Sequence record: MF385003.1
Length of the DNA stretch: 32,000 bases
Strand: one strand, 5' to 3'
Both the position numbers and the translations under genes were made by a program. The notes beneath the pieces were generated by a model that was not told where the DNA came from, searched no databases, and saw only the letters and a list, made by a program, of their open reading frames with translations. Every line of letters begins with the position of its first letter. Within the stretch, counting starts at the first letter, position 1. This document shows positions 1 through 9,658 of this stretch, piece by piece.

Positions 1-861
<861 letters not shown>

Positions 862-923
862 TTTAATGACTACTTATAACTGCTTAAACTAGCGAAGTAT
901 AAGTAGAATTAACTTATAAAAAT

Positions 924-929
924 AAGGAG
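924..929 (+). promoter_or_regulatory. Shine-Dalgarno-like AAGGAG upstream of the rbcS GTG start
   Basis: AAGGAG lies at 924-929, 9 nt upstream of GTG at 939, inside the 77-nt rbcL-rbcS spacer. Confidence 0.5.
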
Positions 930-938
930 CATAGAATA

Positions 939-1355
939 GTGAGACTAACACAAGGGACTTTTTCCTTCCTTCCTGATCTAACTGACCAACAAATCAATAA
1001 GCAACTTGCTTACATTGTTTCTAGAGGTTGGTCAGCAAACGTTGAATACACAGATGATCCTCATCCAAGAAATTCATACTGGGAATTATGGGGATTACCA
1101 TTATTTGATGTAAAAGATGCATCTGCTGTAATGTATGAAATTAATTCTTGCAGAAAAGCAAAACCTAGCTACTATGTAAAAGTTAACGCTTTTGATAATA
1201 CTAGAGGTGTTGAAAGTTGCTGTATGTCATTCATTGTAAATAGACCTGCTAATGAACCAGGTTTCTTACTGCAACGTCAAGATTTCGAAGGTAGAACAAT
1301 GAAATATACTCTTCATAGCTATGCTACTGAAAAGCCTGAAGGTGCTAGATATTAA
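939..1355 (+). CDS. rbcS: RuBisCO small subunit, red-type
   Basis: 138-codon ORF starting with GTG (gtgagactaaca). MRLTQGTFSFLPDLTDQQI...YWELWGLPLFD is typical of red-lineage RbcS with its C-terminal extension. It sits immediately downstream of rbcL. Confidence 0.95.
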   Translation: MRLTQGTFSFLPDLTDQQINKQLAYIVSRGWSANVEYTDDPHPRNSYWELWGLPLFDVKDASAVMYEINSCRKAKPSYYVKVNAFDNTRGVESCCMSFIVNRPANEPGFLLQRQDFEGRTMKYTLHSYATEKPEGARY

Positions 1356-1388
1356 TTTCTATTAAGAATTAATACTTCTTAATCTACT

Positions 1389-1440
1389 AACCCTCTTTAA
1401 CATCTCAATTAAAAAATTAGTTTTGATTTTAAAGAGGGTT
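1389..1440 (+). terminator. Perfect 12-bp inverted repeat (aaccctctttaa / ttaaagagggtt) between rbcS and cbbX
   Basis: The left arm is 1389-1400 and the right arm 1429-1440, with a 28-nt AT-rich loop. It lies 34 nt after the rbcS stop. There is no clean U-run, so it could be a partial terminator or a processing/stability element. Confidence 0.4.
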
Positions 1441-1486
1441 CATATTCATGTAAAGAATAGCTAAATAAAAATAAACACACACAGAA

Positions 1487-2392
1487 ATGACGCAATTAAC
1501 TAATATAATTTCTAACGATACTCTTGTAAATTTACAAGAAGAATACGATAAAACACAAATTCAAGAAGTTTTAAATGAACTGAATCAAGAATTAATAGGA
1601 TTAGTCCCTGTAAAAACTCGAATACGCGAAATTGCGGCTTTATTACTAATTGATAGATTGCGTAGAAAACTAGAACTCGTATCCGGTAATCCGGGATTAC
1701 ATATGTCTTTCACTGGTAGCCCTGGGACAGGCAAAACAACTGTTGCAATGAAAATGGCTGATATTTTACATCGACTTGGATATATAAAAAAAGGTCATTT
1801 ATTAACAGTAACAAGAGATGATTTAGTTGGTCAGTATATTGGTCACACAGCTCCAAAAACTAAAGAAGTTCTTAAGCAAGCAATGGGAGGAGTTCTATTT
1901 ATTGATGAAGCTTATTATCTATATAAGGCAGACAATGAAAGAGATTATGGTTCAGAAGCTATTGAAATACTTCTACAGGTAATGGAGAACCAAAGAAATG
2001 ATTTAGTTGTTATTTTTGCTGGATATAAAGACCGAATGGAAAAATTCTATGAATCCAATCCTGGTCTATCTTCGCGAGTTGCTAATCATGTAGACTTTCC
2101 AGATTATACTTCAGAAGAATTATTACAAATAGCAAAAATGATGATAGAAGAACAACAATATTGTTTTACGGAGGAAGCAGATAAAACACTTTTAGAATAC
2201 ACAGAACGAAGAATGAAGCAACCTTATTTTGCAAATGCAAGAAGTATCAGAAATGCTATTGATAGAGCAAGAATGCGACAAGCTAATAGAATTTTTGCTA
2301 GCGGTGAAAAAGTACTAACAAAGGCAGATTTGGTTACAATTGAAGCAGAAGATATATTAAAAAGTAGATTATTTTCATTACCTAATAATTAA
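1487..2392 (+). CDS. cbbX: Red-type RuBisCO activase CbbX (AAA+ ATPase, also called CfxQ)
   Basis: 301 aa with Walker [10 protein letters not shown] and Walker B VLFIDEAY. It has the CbbX-type N-terminus ([26 protein letters not shown]) and lies downstream of rbcLS. Confidence 0.93.
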   Translation: MTQLTNIISNDTLVNLQEEYDKTQIQEVLNELNQELIGLVPVKTRIREIAALLLIDRLRRKLELVSGNPGLHMSFTGSPGTGKTTVAMKMADILHRLGYIKKGHLLTVTRDDLVGQYIGHTAPKTKEVLKQAMGGVLFIDEAYYLYKADNERDYGSEAIEILLQVMENQRNDLVVIFAGYKDRMEKFYESNPGLSSRVANHVDFPDYTSEELLQIAKMMIEEQQYCFTEEADKTLLEYTERRMKQPYFANARSIRNAIDRARMRQANRIFASGEKVLTKADLVTIEAEDILKSRLFSLPNN

Positions 2393-2490
2393 ATAAATAT
2401 TTAGTTAGCATAATTACTTATATAGAAAAAGTTTCATCAATTGGTTGCAAATTTTCTTAAAAACATTTACTATCCTGATAAAGTAGGTAT

Positions 2491-2562
2491 GGCGGCATAG
2501 CCAAGTGGTAAGGCAGAGGATTGCAAATCCTTCATCCCCCAGTTCAAATCTGGGTGCCGCCT
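2491..2562 (+). tRNA. trnC: tRNA-Cys (GCA)
   Basis: Cloverleaf read by hand. The acceptor is GGCGGCA/TGCCGCC, the anticodon arm is GAGGA-TTGCAAA-TCCTT (anticodon GCA) and the T arm is CCCAG-TTCAAAT-CTGGG. Confidence 0.92.
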
Positions 2563-2575
2563 AGTACTACGAGCA

Positions 2576-2660
2576 GGGGGTGTGGTGGAATGGTAGACAC
2601 AACAGACTTAAAATCTGTTGATTTTTAGTAATCGTGAGGGTTCAAGTCCCTCCACCCCCA
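2576..2660 (+). tRNA. trnL: tRNA-Leu (UAA), class II, uninterrupted (no intron)
   Basis: The acceptor is GGGGGTG/CACCCCC+A with a Leu-type D arm GTGGAATGGTAGACAC. The anticodon arm is ACAGA-CTTAAAA-TCTGT, there is a long variable arm, and the T arm is GAGGG-TTCAAGT-CCCTC. Total length is 85 nt. Confidence 0.92.
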
Positions 2661-2685
2661 AGTATAGTATTAAAATAAAAAATAT

Positions 2686-2916
2686 ATGTGCATTTGTATC
2701 AATTGTAATCATATTACGGAATGCAGTACGTATTATTTAATAGAATCTAAGCATAAGCAAGTTCATATTAATGAAAATCCATCATTTATGCCCGAATTTC
2801 CAGTAATCCATGTCAATATATCAAGTAATAGCTATATTAATCAGATTGATTGGGATTTAGTGGAATGCTTATCGTTTGTAGAAAAGCCAAATAGTTGGAA
2901 TTTGAGTAATTACTAA
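2686..2916 (+). CDS. ycf34: Ycf34 (small Cys-rich, Fe-S-type conserved plastid/cyanobacterial protein)
   Basis: 76 aa beginning MCICINCNHITECSTYY, the characteristic Ycf34 N-terminal cysteine motif. Confidence 0.8.
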   Translation: MCICINCNHITECSTYYLIESKHKQVHINENPSFMPEFPVIHVNISSNSYINQIDWDLVECLSFVEKPNSWNLSNY

Positions 2917-2928
2917 TGTAATAAAATT

Positions 2929-3453
2929 CTAGGCATTATAAGCAATAACTCTATCTTTTAAATATTCTGTATTAATTTTTGATGTTCTTACGAGCGATAT
3001 TTTTCCAGTTCTAGCTATCTCAAGAATACCGAATTTAGTCAACAGCTGTTCAATTGCAACTATTTTTCCAGGATCTCCAGTTACTTCTATAATCAGTAAA
3101 TCTTCAGCAATATCTACTACATTGGCTCTGAAAATTTTTACAATTTCCAAAGCTTCTGTTCTGTTTTTTGAGTTAATTTGAATCTTAATTAACATTAATT
3201 CTCTCTCAACAGAGGGTATATTGGTTACATCTTGTACATCAAGAATATTAACTAATTTATATAATTGTTTAGTTAATTGTTCAATTGTTCTATTATCTCC
3301 TTGAACTACCATAGTAATTCTAGAAACTCCAATTTGCTCTGTTGGTCCAACAGCAAGGCTTGCTATGTTAAAGCCTCGCCTAGCAAATAATCCCGATATT
3401 CTAGAAAGCACACCTGCTTCATCTTGAACTAAAACTGATAAAGTATGTTTCAT
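2929..3453 (-). CDS. ilvH: Acetolactate (acetohydroxyacid) synthase small regulatory subunit
   Basis: 174 aa. [39 protein letters not shown]...RITMVV is the IlvH ACT-domain signature, followed by the C-terminal IlvN/AHAS-small domain. Confidence 0.9.
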   Translation of the reverse strand: MKHTLSVLVQDEAGVLSRISGLFARRGFNIASLAVGPTEQIGVSRITMVVQGDNRTIEQLTKQLYKLVNILDVQDVTNIPSVERELMLIKIQINSKNRTEALEIVKIFRANVVDIAEDLLIIEVTGDPGKIVAIEQLLTKFGILEIARTGKISLVRTSKINTEYLKDRVIAYNA

Positions 3454-3661
3454 TAAAATTTGATTTTATACTATATTATTTACACAATATATTCTATGAA
3501 AAATAAGTACAAAATACTAGTTTTTATATAGTTAAATTATTCAAAGTAAACAAAATACTAACATCAGATACTATATCGAACCTGTAGTGTTATACTATTA
3601 ATTTAGTATTTAATGATATTCTAAATAGAATGCTAAATTTTTAAAAATTTGTTAGGAACTT

Positions 3662-4210
3662 GTGCTAGAAAAATACAAAAATAGTAAGAAACTCTCTCGA
3701 GATTTACCTCAAATCAACGACCGTATCAAATTTCCAAAAGTGCGAGTAATTAATGATGAAGGTGAACAACTAGGAATTTTTGCACCGGAAGCAGCTATTC
3801 AGTTAGCTACAAAACAAGGGCTAGATTTAGTTGTAGTTAGTGATAAATCTGACCCACCTGTATGTCGAATATTAGACTATGGCAAATATAAATTTACACA
3901 GGAAAAAAGAGCAAGAGAGGCAAAAAAGAAACAGCATAATAGTAGTATAAAAGAAGTTAAAATGCGTTATAAGATAGAAGAGCATGATTATAAAGTAAGA
4001 ATTAATCAAGCGTCGAAGTTTCTTCAATCTGGAGATAAAGTTAAAGCAACTATAACATTCCGTGGGCGTGAAATACAGCATTCAAATCTAGCCATTGACT
4101 TACTAAACAAGATGGCAGCAGATTTAGTAACAATAGCGGAAATACAGCAAGCACCATCACGGGATGGCAGGAATGTAATTATGCTTCTATCGCCTAAAAA
4201 AGTTAGTTAA
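3662..4210 (+). CDS. infC: Translation initiation factor IF-3
   Basis: 182 aa with a GTG start at 3662. [22 protein letters not shown]..., DLVVVS...[14 protein letters not shown] and [17 protein letters not shown] are canonical IF3 N- and C-domain blocks. Confidence 0.92.
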   Translation: MLEKYKNSKKLSRDLPQINDRIKFPKVRVINDEGEQLGIFAPEAAIQLATKQGLDLVVVSDKSDPPVCRILDYGKYKFTQEKRAREAKKKQHNSSIKEVKMRYKIEEHDYKVRINQASKFLQSGDKVKATITFRGREIQHSNLAIDLLNKMAADLVTIAEIQQAPSRDGRNVIMLLSPKKVS

Positions 4211-4226
4211 TTTCGTATCTTTTAAA

Positions 4227-4313
4227 TGCATCTGGCTGGATTCGAACCAGCGACGTCTCTTTCGAAATGGCGGATTATGAGTCCGCTGCCTTCGGCCCCT
4301 CGGCCACAGATGC
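4227..4313 (-). tRNA. Class II (long variable arm) tRNA whose anticodon reads CAU; isotype uncertain (Ser/Tyr-like body, A73 discriminator)
   Basis: The minus-strand sequence is GCATCTG TG GCC-GAGGGGCCGAA-GGC A GCGGA-CTCATAA-TCCGC C-ATTTCGAAAGAGACGTC GCTGG-TTCGAAT-CCAGC CAGATGC A (87 nt). It has a perfect 7-bp acceptor, 5-bp anticodon and T stems, and a canonical GTTCGAATC T loop. Anticodon bases correspond to plus-strand 4277-4279 (atg). Confidence 0.8.
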
Positions 4314-4386
4314 ATTACTTAAAGTTTATAACTCATAAAGCATATAAAAATCAATCTTTATCTGTCTTTGCTAGATAAGATAATCT

Positions 4387-5223
4387 TTATTCATTCATAT
4401 TATGATAAGTTGCAACTGCGGAAGGTGAGACTTGATTTAAATATCGAAAAATCCAATATTTAAATATTGTATCTAAAATAACTGGAAAAGTTGAAATAAA
4501 AAGAAAGATAAAATCTCTACTTTCTGGCAGTCCTAAATGTCGCAAAATTACTTCAATAATCACTTCCCATCCATGAGGTGAATGAAAGCCTACAAACATA
4601 TCGGTAAATAAAATGATTAAAAAAGCCTTAGCAGTATCGCTCAACCCATAAATAATCTCATTTAAAAAAGATTTAACAATAGAAATTTGGCGTTGGCCTG
4701 TTATCATCAGCAGTATAAATACAGCTATTGACAAAATATCTGAAAGAAGATTTTTAACTGCATTTGCGCTCTCATTTGCATAGTATTCACCTAATTCTCT
4801 AGCTTTTAATTGGACTCTTTTTTCAATTATCTCATAAGAAATATTTTCAGAAGGGTTTAGAAGAACCTCAAAATGAATTTTCTCTTCAAACCTTTGTAAC
4901 TCAGCAAAAGCTCTTTCTTCTTGAGAAGAATTTATAAATATTTTAGGCTGTTCTTGATTCCATAAATAATCAATACATGGCCCAAATACAAAAAATTTCG
5001 ATGCTTGATTAACTAATACTGGAGATATTAATAATAATAAAATATACTTTACAGATGTAATAGTCTGGTGCCGTGACAATCTAAATTCTTCAATAGCTTC
5101 TGACTCTCCATTAGGATCTAATTCTTTTCGAAATTTTTCAAATGTATTAGTAATTGATCTCGGTATGGGTCCAACTTTTTCAGAAGTAGATTGATTATTT
5201 CTTTTCAAATTCCAATATTTCAT
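4387..5223 (-). CDS. cemA: Envelope membrane protein CemA (Ycf10/PxcA-like)
   Basis: 278 aa with multi-pass hydrophobic segments. It carries the characteristic CemA C-terminus: HSPHGWEVIIE...LGLPE...FPVILDTIFKYWIFRYLNQVSPSAVATYHNMNE. Confidence 0.88.
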   Translation of the reverse strand: MKYWNLKRNNQSTSEKVGPIPRSITNTFEKFRKELDPNGESEAIEEFRLSRHQTITSVKYILLLLISPVLVNQASKFFVFGPCIDYLWNQEQPKIFINSSQEERAFAELQRFEEKIHFEVLLNPSENISYEIIEKRVQLKARELGEYYANESANAVKNLLSDILSIAVFILLMITGQRQISIVKSFLNEIIYGLSDTAKAFLIILFTDMFVGFHSPHGWEVIIEVILRHLGLPESRDFIFLFISTFPVILDTIFKYWIFRYLNQVSPSAVATYHNMNE

Positions 5224-5315
5224 TTTTTATTACTGCTAAAATTTCTATTGATCGATGATTGATCATATATTCAATATAAATATTAATTCTAGAATTACAT
5301 ATAAAAATAATAGTT

Positions 5316-7337
5316 ATGAATAATAAAATTAAATTAAATTTTAATTATGCATTAGTAATATTTTTTACAACTATAATGTACACCTCAAAATTAAATATTT
5401 ACTTAAAAAGTGAATTGTTAAACACTAGAGAAAAATATTGTAACTTAATATTCGAGAAAAAAATGGCGTTTATTCCCATTCTGTCATTAAAAAAAAACCA
5501 ATAAGCTCTGAACAAATAAGCAGTAAAGCGTCCAATTTTCTTCTGCATGGGGTATTCAACAAAAAATTCTTACATAAGATCATAAATTTCTCAGAGACTT
5601 CAGAGAGAGATCTTCACAATATTGAGAACCTACAAAAAATAAAAACGAGTGGATATTTTTCTACAATTCAACTTAATATTAAAAAAGCATCGGGGGGAAA
5701 AGTTACTAACGTGCTTACGTTACCAAACTCAATCCTAAAAAAGATCTATATTTATAATCGAAAAGAAAAGATTATACCTCGATCTTTTTTATTAAAGTTA
5801 TTCAAATATCAACTAGGTTATCCTAAAAGTCTTGTACAACTTAATTTGTCTCTCTCATCAATTATGAGATGGTACTTACAGAAAGGTTATCAATGGGCTT
5901 TAATACAAATACATCATATTGAGGACCCATCAGCTATTGTTGTCAATATTCATGAAGGATTAATTGCAACAATTAGAACGGAGTATTATACATCTTCTCT
6001 CGAAAGGTTTTCTAAAAGTTCATACACAAATGTAATAGAAAGACGACTTAATATTAAAATCGGTTATCCAATTAATATTACTTCTCTACAAAGAAAAATA
6101 AATTTTTTGAAGGATAATAAACTAGTTGGCAATATTGTATATAGCATTGAAAGATCTGAAAAAAATTCAAGTCATTTAGATTTAAAATTTCAAATACAAG
6201 AGTTAAAAGATAAAGAATTAATTCTTTTCGGGGAAAATCTATATAATAATTCTTATATCATTTCTTTTTTATCTCAAATTATATTTGAGAAATCTTAACA
6301 CGGCCAACTCATACTTCACATTAAGTATTCATTCCCTAAGAAATACAATTAACCTAAAGCTTGCATACTTAAATCCTTCATTAAGAATTACTAAAAATTT
6401 CACAATTCAAGTTGTTTTAGAAATAATAAGACAAGCAGCCCCTTCCTGTATATTTCGATCATCTAAATTCTCAAAAAATAAACCATTTTTCAGTCATAAA
6501 TTTATCGCTCAATACATTTTTGAGGGTTTAATAACATATAATTTCACTTCATATTTCTCGATATCCGAAGAATTTCTTCTTTCACAGAACATTCAGACCA
6601 AATATTTTGTCACAAATTTACAAACTGTCAAATATATCAGTCCTACCAAAGCATTAATAGCCAGTAGTGATTATTGGCTCAACAAACAATCAGAAATACT
6701 CCGCCGACAATTCCTTATATTATGGCTAAAATTACATTATCAAAATTTTGATACTTTAAACTGGCCTACAAAAGGTTATCTTCTTGAAATTGAATCCTGG
6801 TATTTTACCCCATTTCAAAAAAGTAATTTATTCAACTATGACTTTCAATTTTACTATTTATTCATTCATAAAATCGATATTAAGCATATTGCGCACTTTA
6901 GTTTACCATTCTACTACCAGAGCAGAATAAATCATATATTAAGAAAAATTTTAAAATTACAATCAAATTTCAGAATTGAGACTATTCCTATTATGTTCTA
7001 TAGCTCTTATTTTCAGAGTAAATTCTGTAAACCATTATTTAACTTTTCTGCTCGAATGAGGATAGAATATCAAATACCTATTAATAGCAAGAGTAGGATA
7101 TCGTTTTTTTGTAATTATACAAGGCCCTTTCTAATGAATTACTCACAAACTTATATTATTTTACAATCTAGTTTAATTGATCAGCAGTTTGTAAGTTCTT
7201 TATATCAACAAATTTTTTACGGATTAAAAATGCAGCTGAAGTTACCAATTAATCAAATACCACCTTTATCAATTGAATATACTATAAATAGTGGTCGAAA
7301 ATTTTGTATTTACTTCCATATTTCTCACCAACGATAA
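5316..7337 (+). pseudogene. Omp85/BamA-Toc75-family-like gene (POTRA repeats plus C-terminal beta-barrel) broken into three reading frames; either a pseudogene, a homopolymer sequencing artefact or a recoded gene
   Basis: The segments are frame 3 at 5316/5463-5504, frame 2 open at 5444-6298 (no ATG before GTG 5711), and frame 3 open at 6207-7337. POTRA-like patterns include LQKIKTSGYFSTIQLNIKKASGGKV, YLQKGYQWALIQIHHIEDPSAIVVNIHEGLIATIR and TNVIERRLNIKIGYPINITSLQRKINFLKDNKLVGNIVYSIE...HLDLKFQIQELK. Barrel-like patterns include NLNTANSYFTLSI...LKLAYLNP, NWPTKGYLLEIESWYF, ARMRIEYQIPI and YGLKMQLKLPINQIPPLSIEYTIN....IYFHISHQ. The start is uncertain: ATG 5316 has a signal-peptide-like N-terminus, while ATG 5463 would give about 625 codons after frame repair. 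Confidence 0.5.
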
Positions 7338-7348
7338 CCATTATTGAA

Positions 7349-7798
7349 ATGCAACAATTAATTTCTTTTTTTGATCGCAGCAAAGGCAAGTGGATCTCAC
7401 AACGGACAACATACAAATTGTCAGACAAAAAGATGAATTCACTACAATCTCGAATGATCATAAAGCCCGATCAATTATCATCAAATTCTCAATTAATAAC
7501 TTCATTGAAATGGGGAAAGATTTCTCGTCAAATTACAAAAGACATGACTGTTCAGAATATTGTAAATGACAACTGTAAGTTTCATCTAAGATTTACCAAT
7601 AAATTTAATACAAAACAATTAGTTACTCTTTGTAGTATAACTGACAAGAGTTTATTAACTTTTAAAACCAGATACGGTACTATAACTATAGATGAAACTT
7701 ATTGGTTCGCAACCAATAATTTACGTTTAAGCACTAGTATTATTAAACGATTTAATGTTTGTGTAGCAGTCTCTTTTTGCTCTGAAATTAGAGTTTAA
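7349..7798 (+). CDS. cpcS: Phycobiliprotein chromophore lyase, CpcS/CpeS family (Ycf58)
   Basis: 149 aa from the internal ATG at 7349. MQQLISFFDRSKGKWISQRTTYKL at the N-terminus and YWFATNNLRLSTS...SFCSEIRV at the C-terminus match CpcS/CpeS-family signatures. The upstream 15 codons of the tracked ORF overlap the preceding gene and are probably not translated. Confidence 0.8.
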   Translation: MQQLISFFDRSKGKWISQRTTYKLSDKKMNSLQSRMIIKPDQLSSNSQLITSLKWGKISRQITKDMTVQNIVNDNCKFHLRFTNKFNTKQLVTLCSITDKSLLTFKTRYGTITIDETYWFATNNLRLSTSIIKRFNVCVAVSFCSEIRV

Positions 7799-7808
7799 GA
7801 TTATTGAC

Positions 7809-7850
7809 AAAAACAACTAATAGCTTAAGTAGCTATTAGTTGTTTTTTTT
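7809..7850. terminator. Bidirectional intrinsic-terminator-like hairpin between convergent cpcS and psbI
   Basis: A 17-bp perfect stem (7809-7825 aaaaacaactaatagct / 7831-7847 agctattagttgttttt) has a 5-nt loop. A T8 run follows on the plus strand and a T5 run on the minus strand. Confidence 0.6.
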
Positions 7851-7880
7851 ATTATAGTAAAATTTTACCTGGATAAATTA

Positions 7881-7997
7881 CTACTCTAAGTCCTTACGAT
7901 TTGGATTTCTGGATGGGTCATTAGATAAGAAGCCAAAAACAAATAAAGAAATAAAGAAAATTACAGTAGTGTACACGAAGATTTTCAAAGTAAACAT
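7881..7997 (-). CDS. psbI: Photosystem II reaction-centre protein I
   Basis: Not in the ORF track because it is only 38 codons. Hand translation of the minus strand gives [38 protein letters not shown] followed by TAG. This matches the highly conserved PsbI pattern (..[25 protein letters not shown]). Confidence 0.9.
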   Translation of the reverse strand: MFTLKIFVYTTVIFFISLFVFGFLSNDPSRNPNRKDLE

Positions 7998-8078
7998 ATT
8001 TTTATCCTTAAAAGCTATTAGTGTGTAATATTTATGTGTATCTCCACATAATCTTATATCATGATATGAATTAAGGTA

Positions 8079-8411
8079 CTATTTTATAAATAAATCAACA
8101 TCTTTATTTTTTAGTAATGATTTATATTTAAATATACGCGATATGCTAAAGACTAAATCTTTTTGGTGATTCACAATAAGCTTCCTCTTTTTTTTATTTA
8201 GATGCAGCTTTCCTTCAATTATTATATAATCAAACTTTTTAAGTAATTTAAAACTCTTTAGAGATTGCCTATTCCATATTAACAAATTAATCACAGCTAC
8301 TTTATTTCGCTTTTTGAATCTTGCTTTTAATTTAATAATTTGATTTCCATTGTGAACAGTCTTAACGCTTTTACAGCGTAAAACTTGAACTAATAAAGTG
8401 CACTTATTCAT
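8079..8411 (-). CDS. ycf41: Ycf41, putative SSB-like OB-fold protein
   Basis: 110 aa. MNKCTLLVQVL...IKLKARF....VINLLIWNRQ...LLKKFDYIIIEGKLHL follows the single-stranded-DNA-binding OB-fold layout seen in plastid ycf41. The protein is very basic and divergent. Confidence 0.65.
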   Translation of the reverse strand: MNKCTLLVQVLRCKSVKTVHNGNQIIKLKARFKKRNKVAVINLLIWNRQSLKSFKLLKKFDYIIIEGKLHLNKKKRKLIVNHQKDLVFSISRIFKYKSLLKNKDVDLFIK

Positions 8412-8448
8412 GTATATATTTAGAATCTGCTTTTAATGAATCTATAAG

Positions 8449-9447
<999 letters not shown>

Positions 9448-9466
9448 TCAACAGCAACGAGTACAT

Positions 9467-9548
9467 TGGGTAGAGAGGGAATCGAACCCTCATGACCGAA
9501 GTCGCCACATTTTGAGTGTGATGCGTATACCAATTTCGCCATCTACCC
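9467..9548 (-). tRNA. trnL: tRNA-Leu (CAA), class II
   Basis: The minus-strand sequence is GGGTAGA TG GCG-AAATTGGTATA-CGC A TCACA-CTCAAAA-TGTGG (variable arm) GAGGG-TTCGATT-CCCTC TCTACCC A. Total length is 82 nt. Confidence 0.92.
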
Positions 9549-9658
9549 TATTATAGACCAACTATTACAAGTAGTTTAGTCTTTAGCGTAAAAATAATAC
9601 TAAGTTTCAATAGATATGTCAACTTTTACGGTTATATTAAATAAAAATACAATTATTT

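Noticed and set aside
2576-2660. Looked for the group I intron that interrupts trnL(UAA) in cyanobacteria and many plastids.
   Set aside because: The gene is a continuous 85-nt class II tRNA with an intact anticodon loop (CTTAAAA), so no intron is present.
5316-5504. The 62-aa ORF as an independent small gene.
   Set aside because: Its 3' part runs into the A9 tract, where the downstream POTRA-like frame takes over. It is more plausibly the N-terminal piece or leader of the split gene. The first 49 codons (5316-5462) may not be coding at all.
7304-7348. The longer start (ATG 7304) for the cpcS-like ORF.
   Set aside because: The extra 15 codons overlap the end of the preceding Omp85-like frame and precede the conserved CpcS N-terminus. 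That N-terminus begins exactly at ATG 7349.
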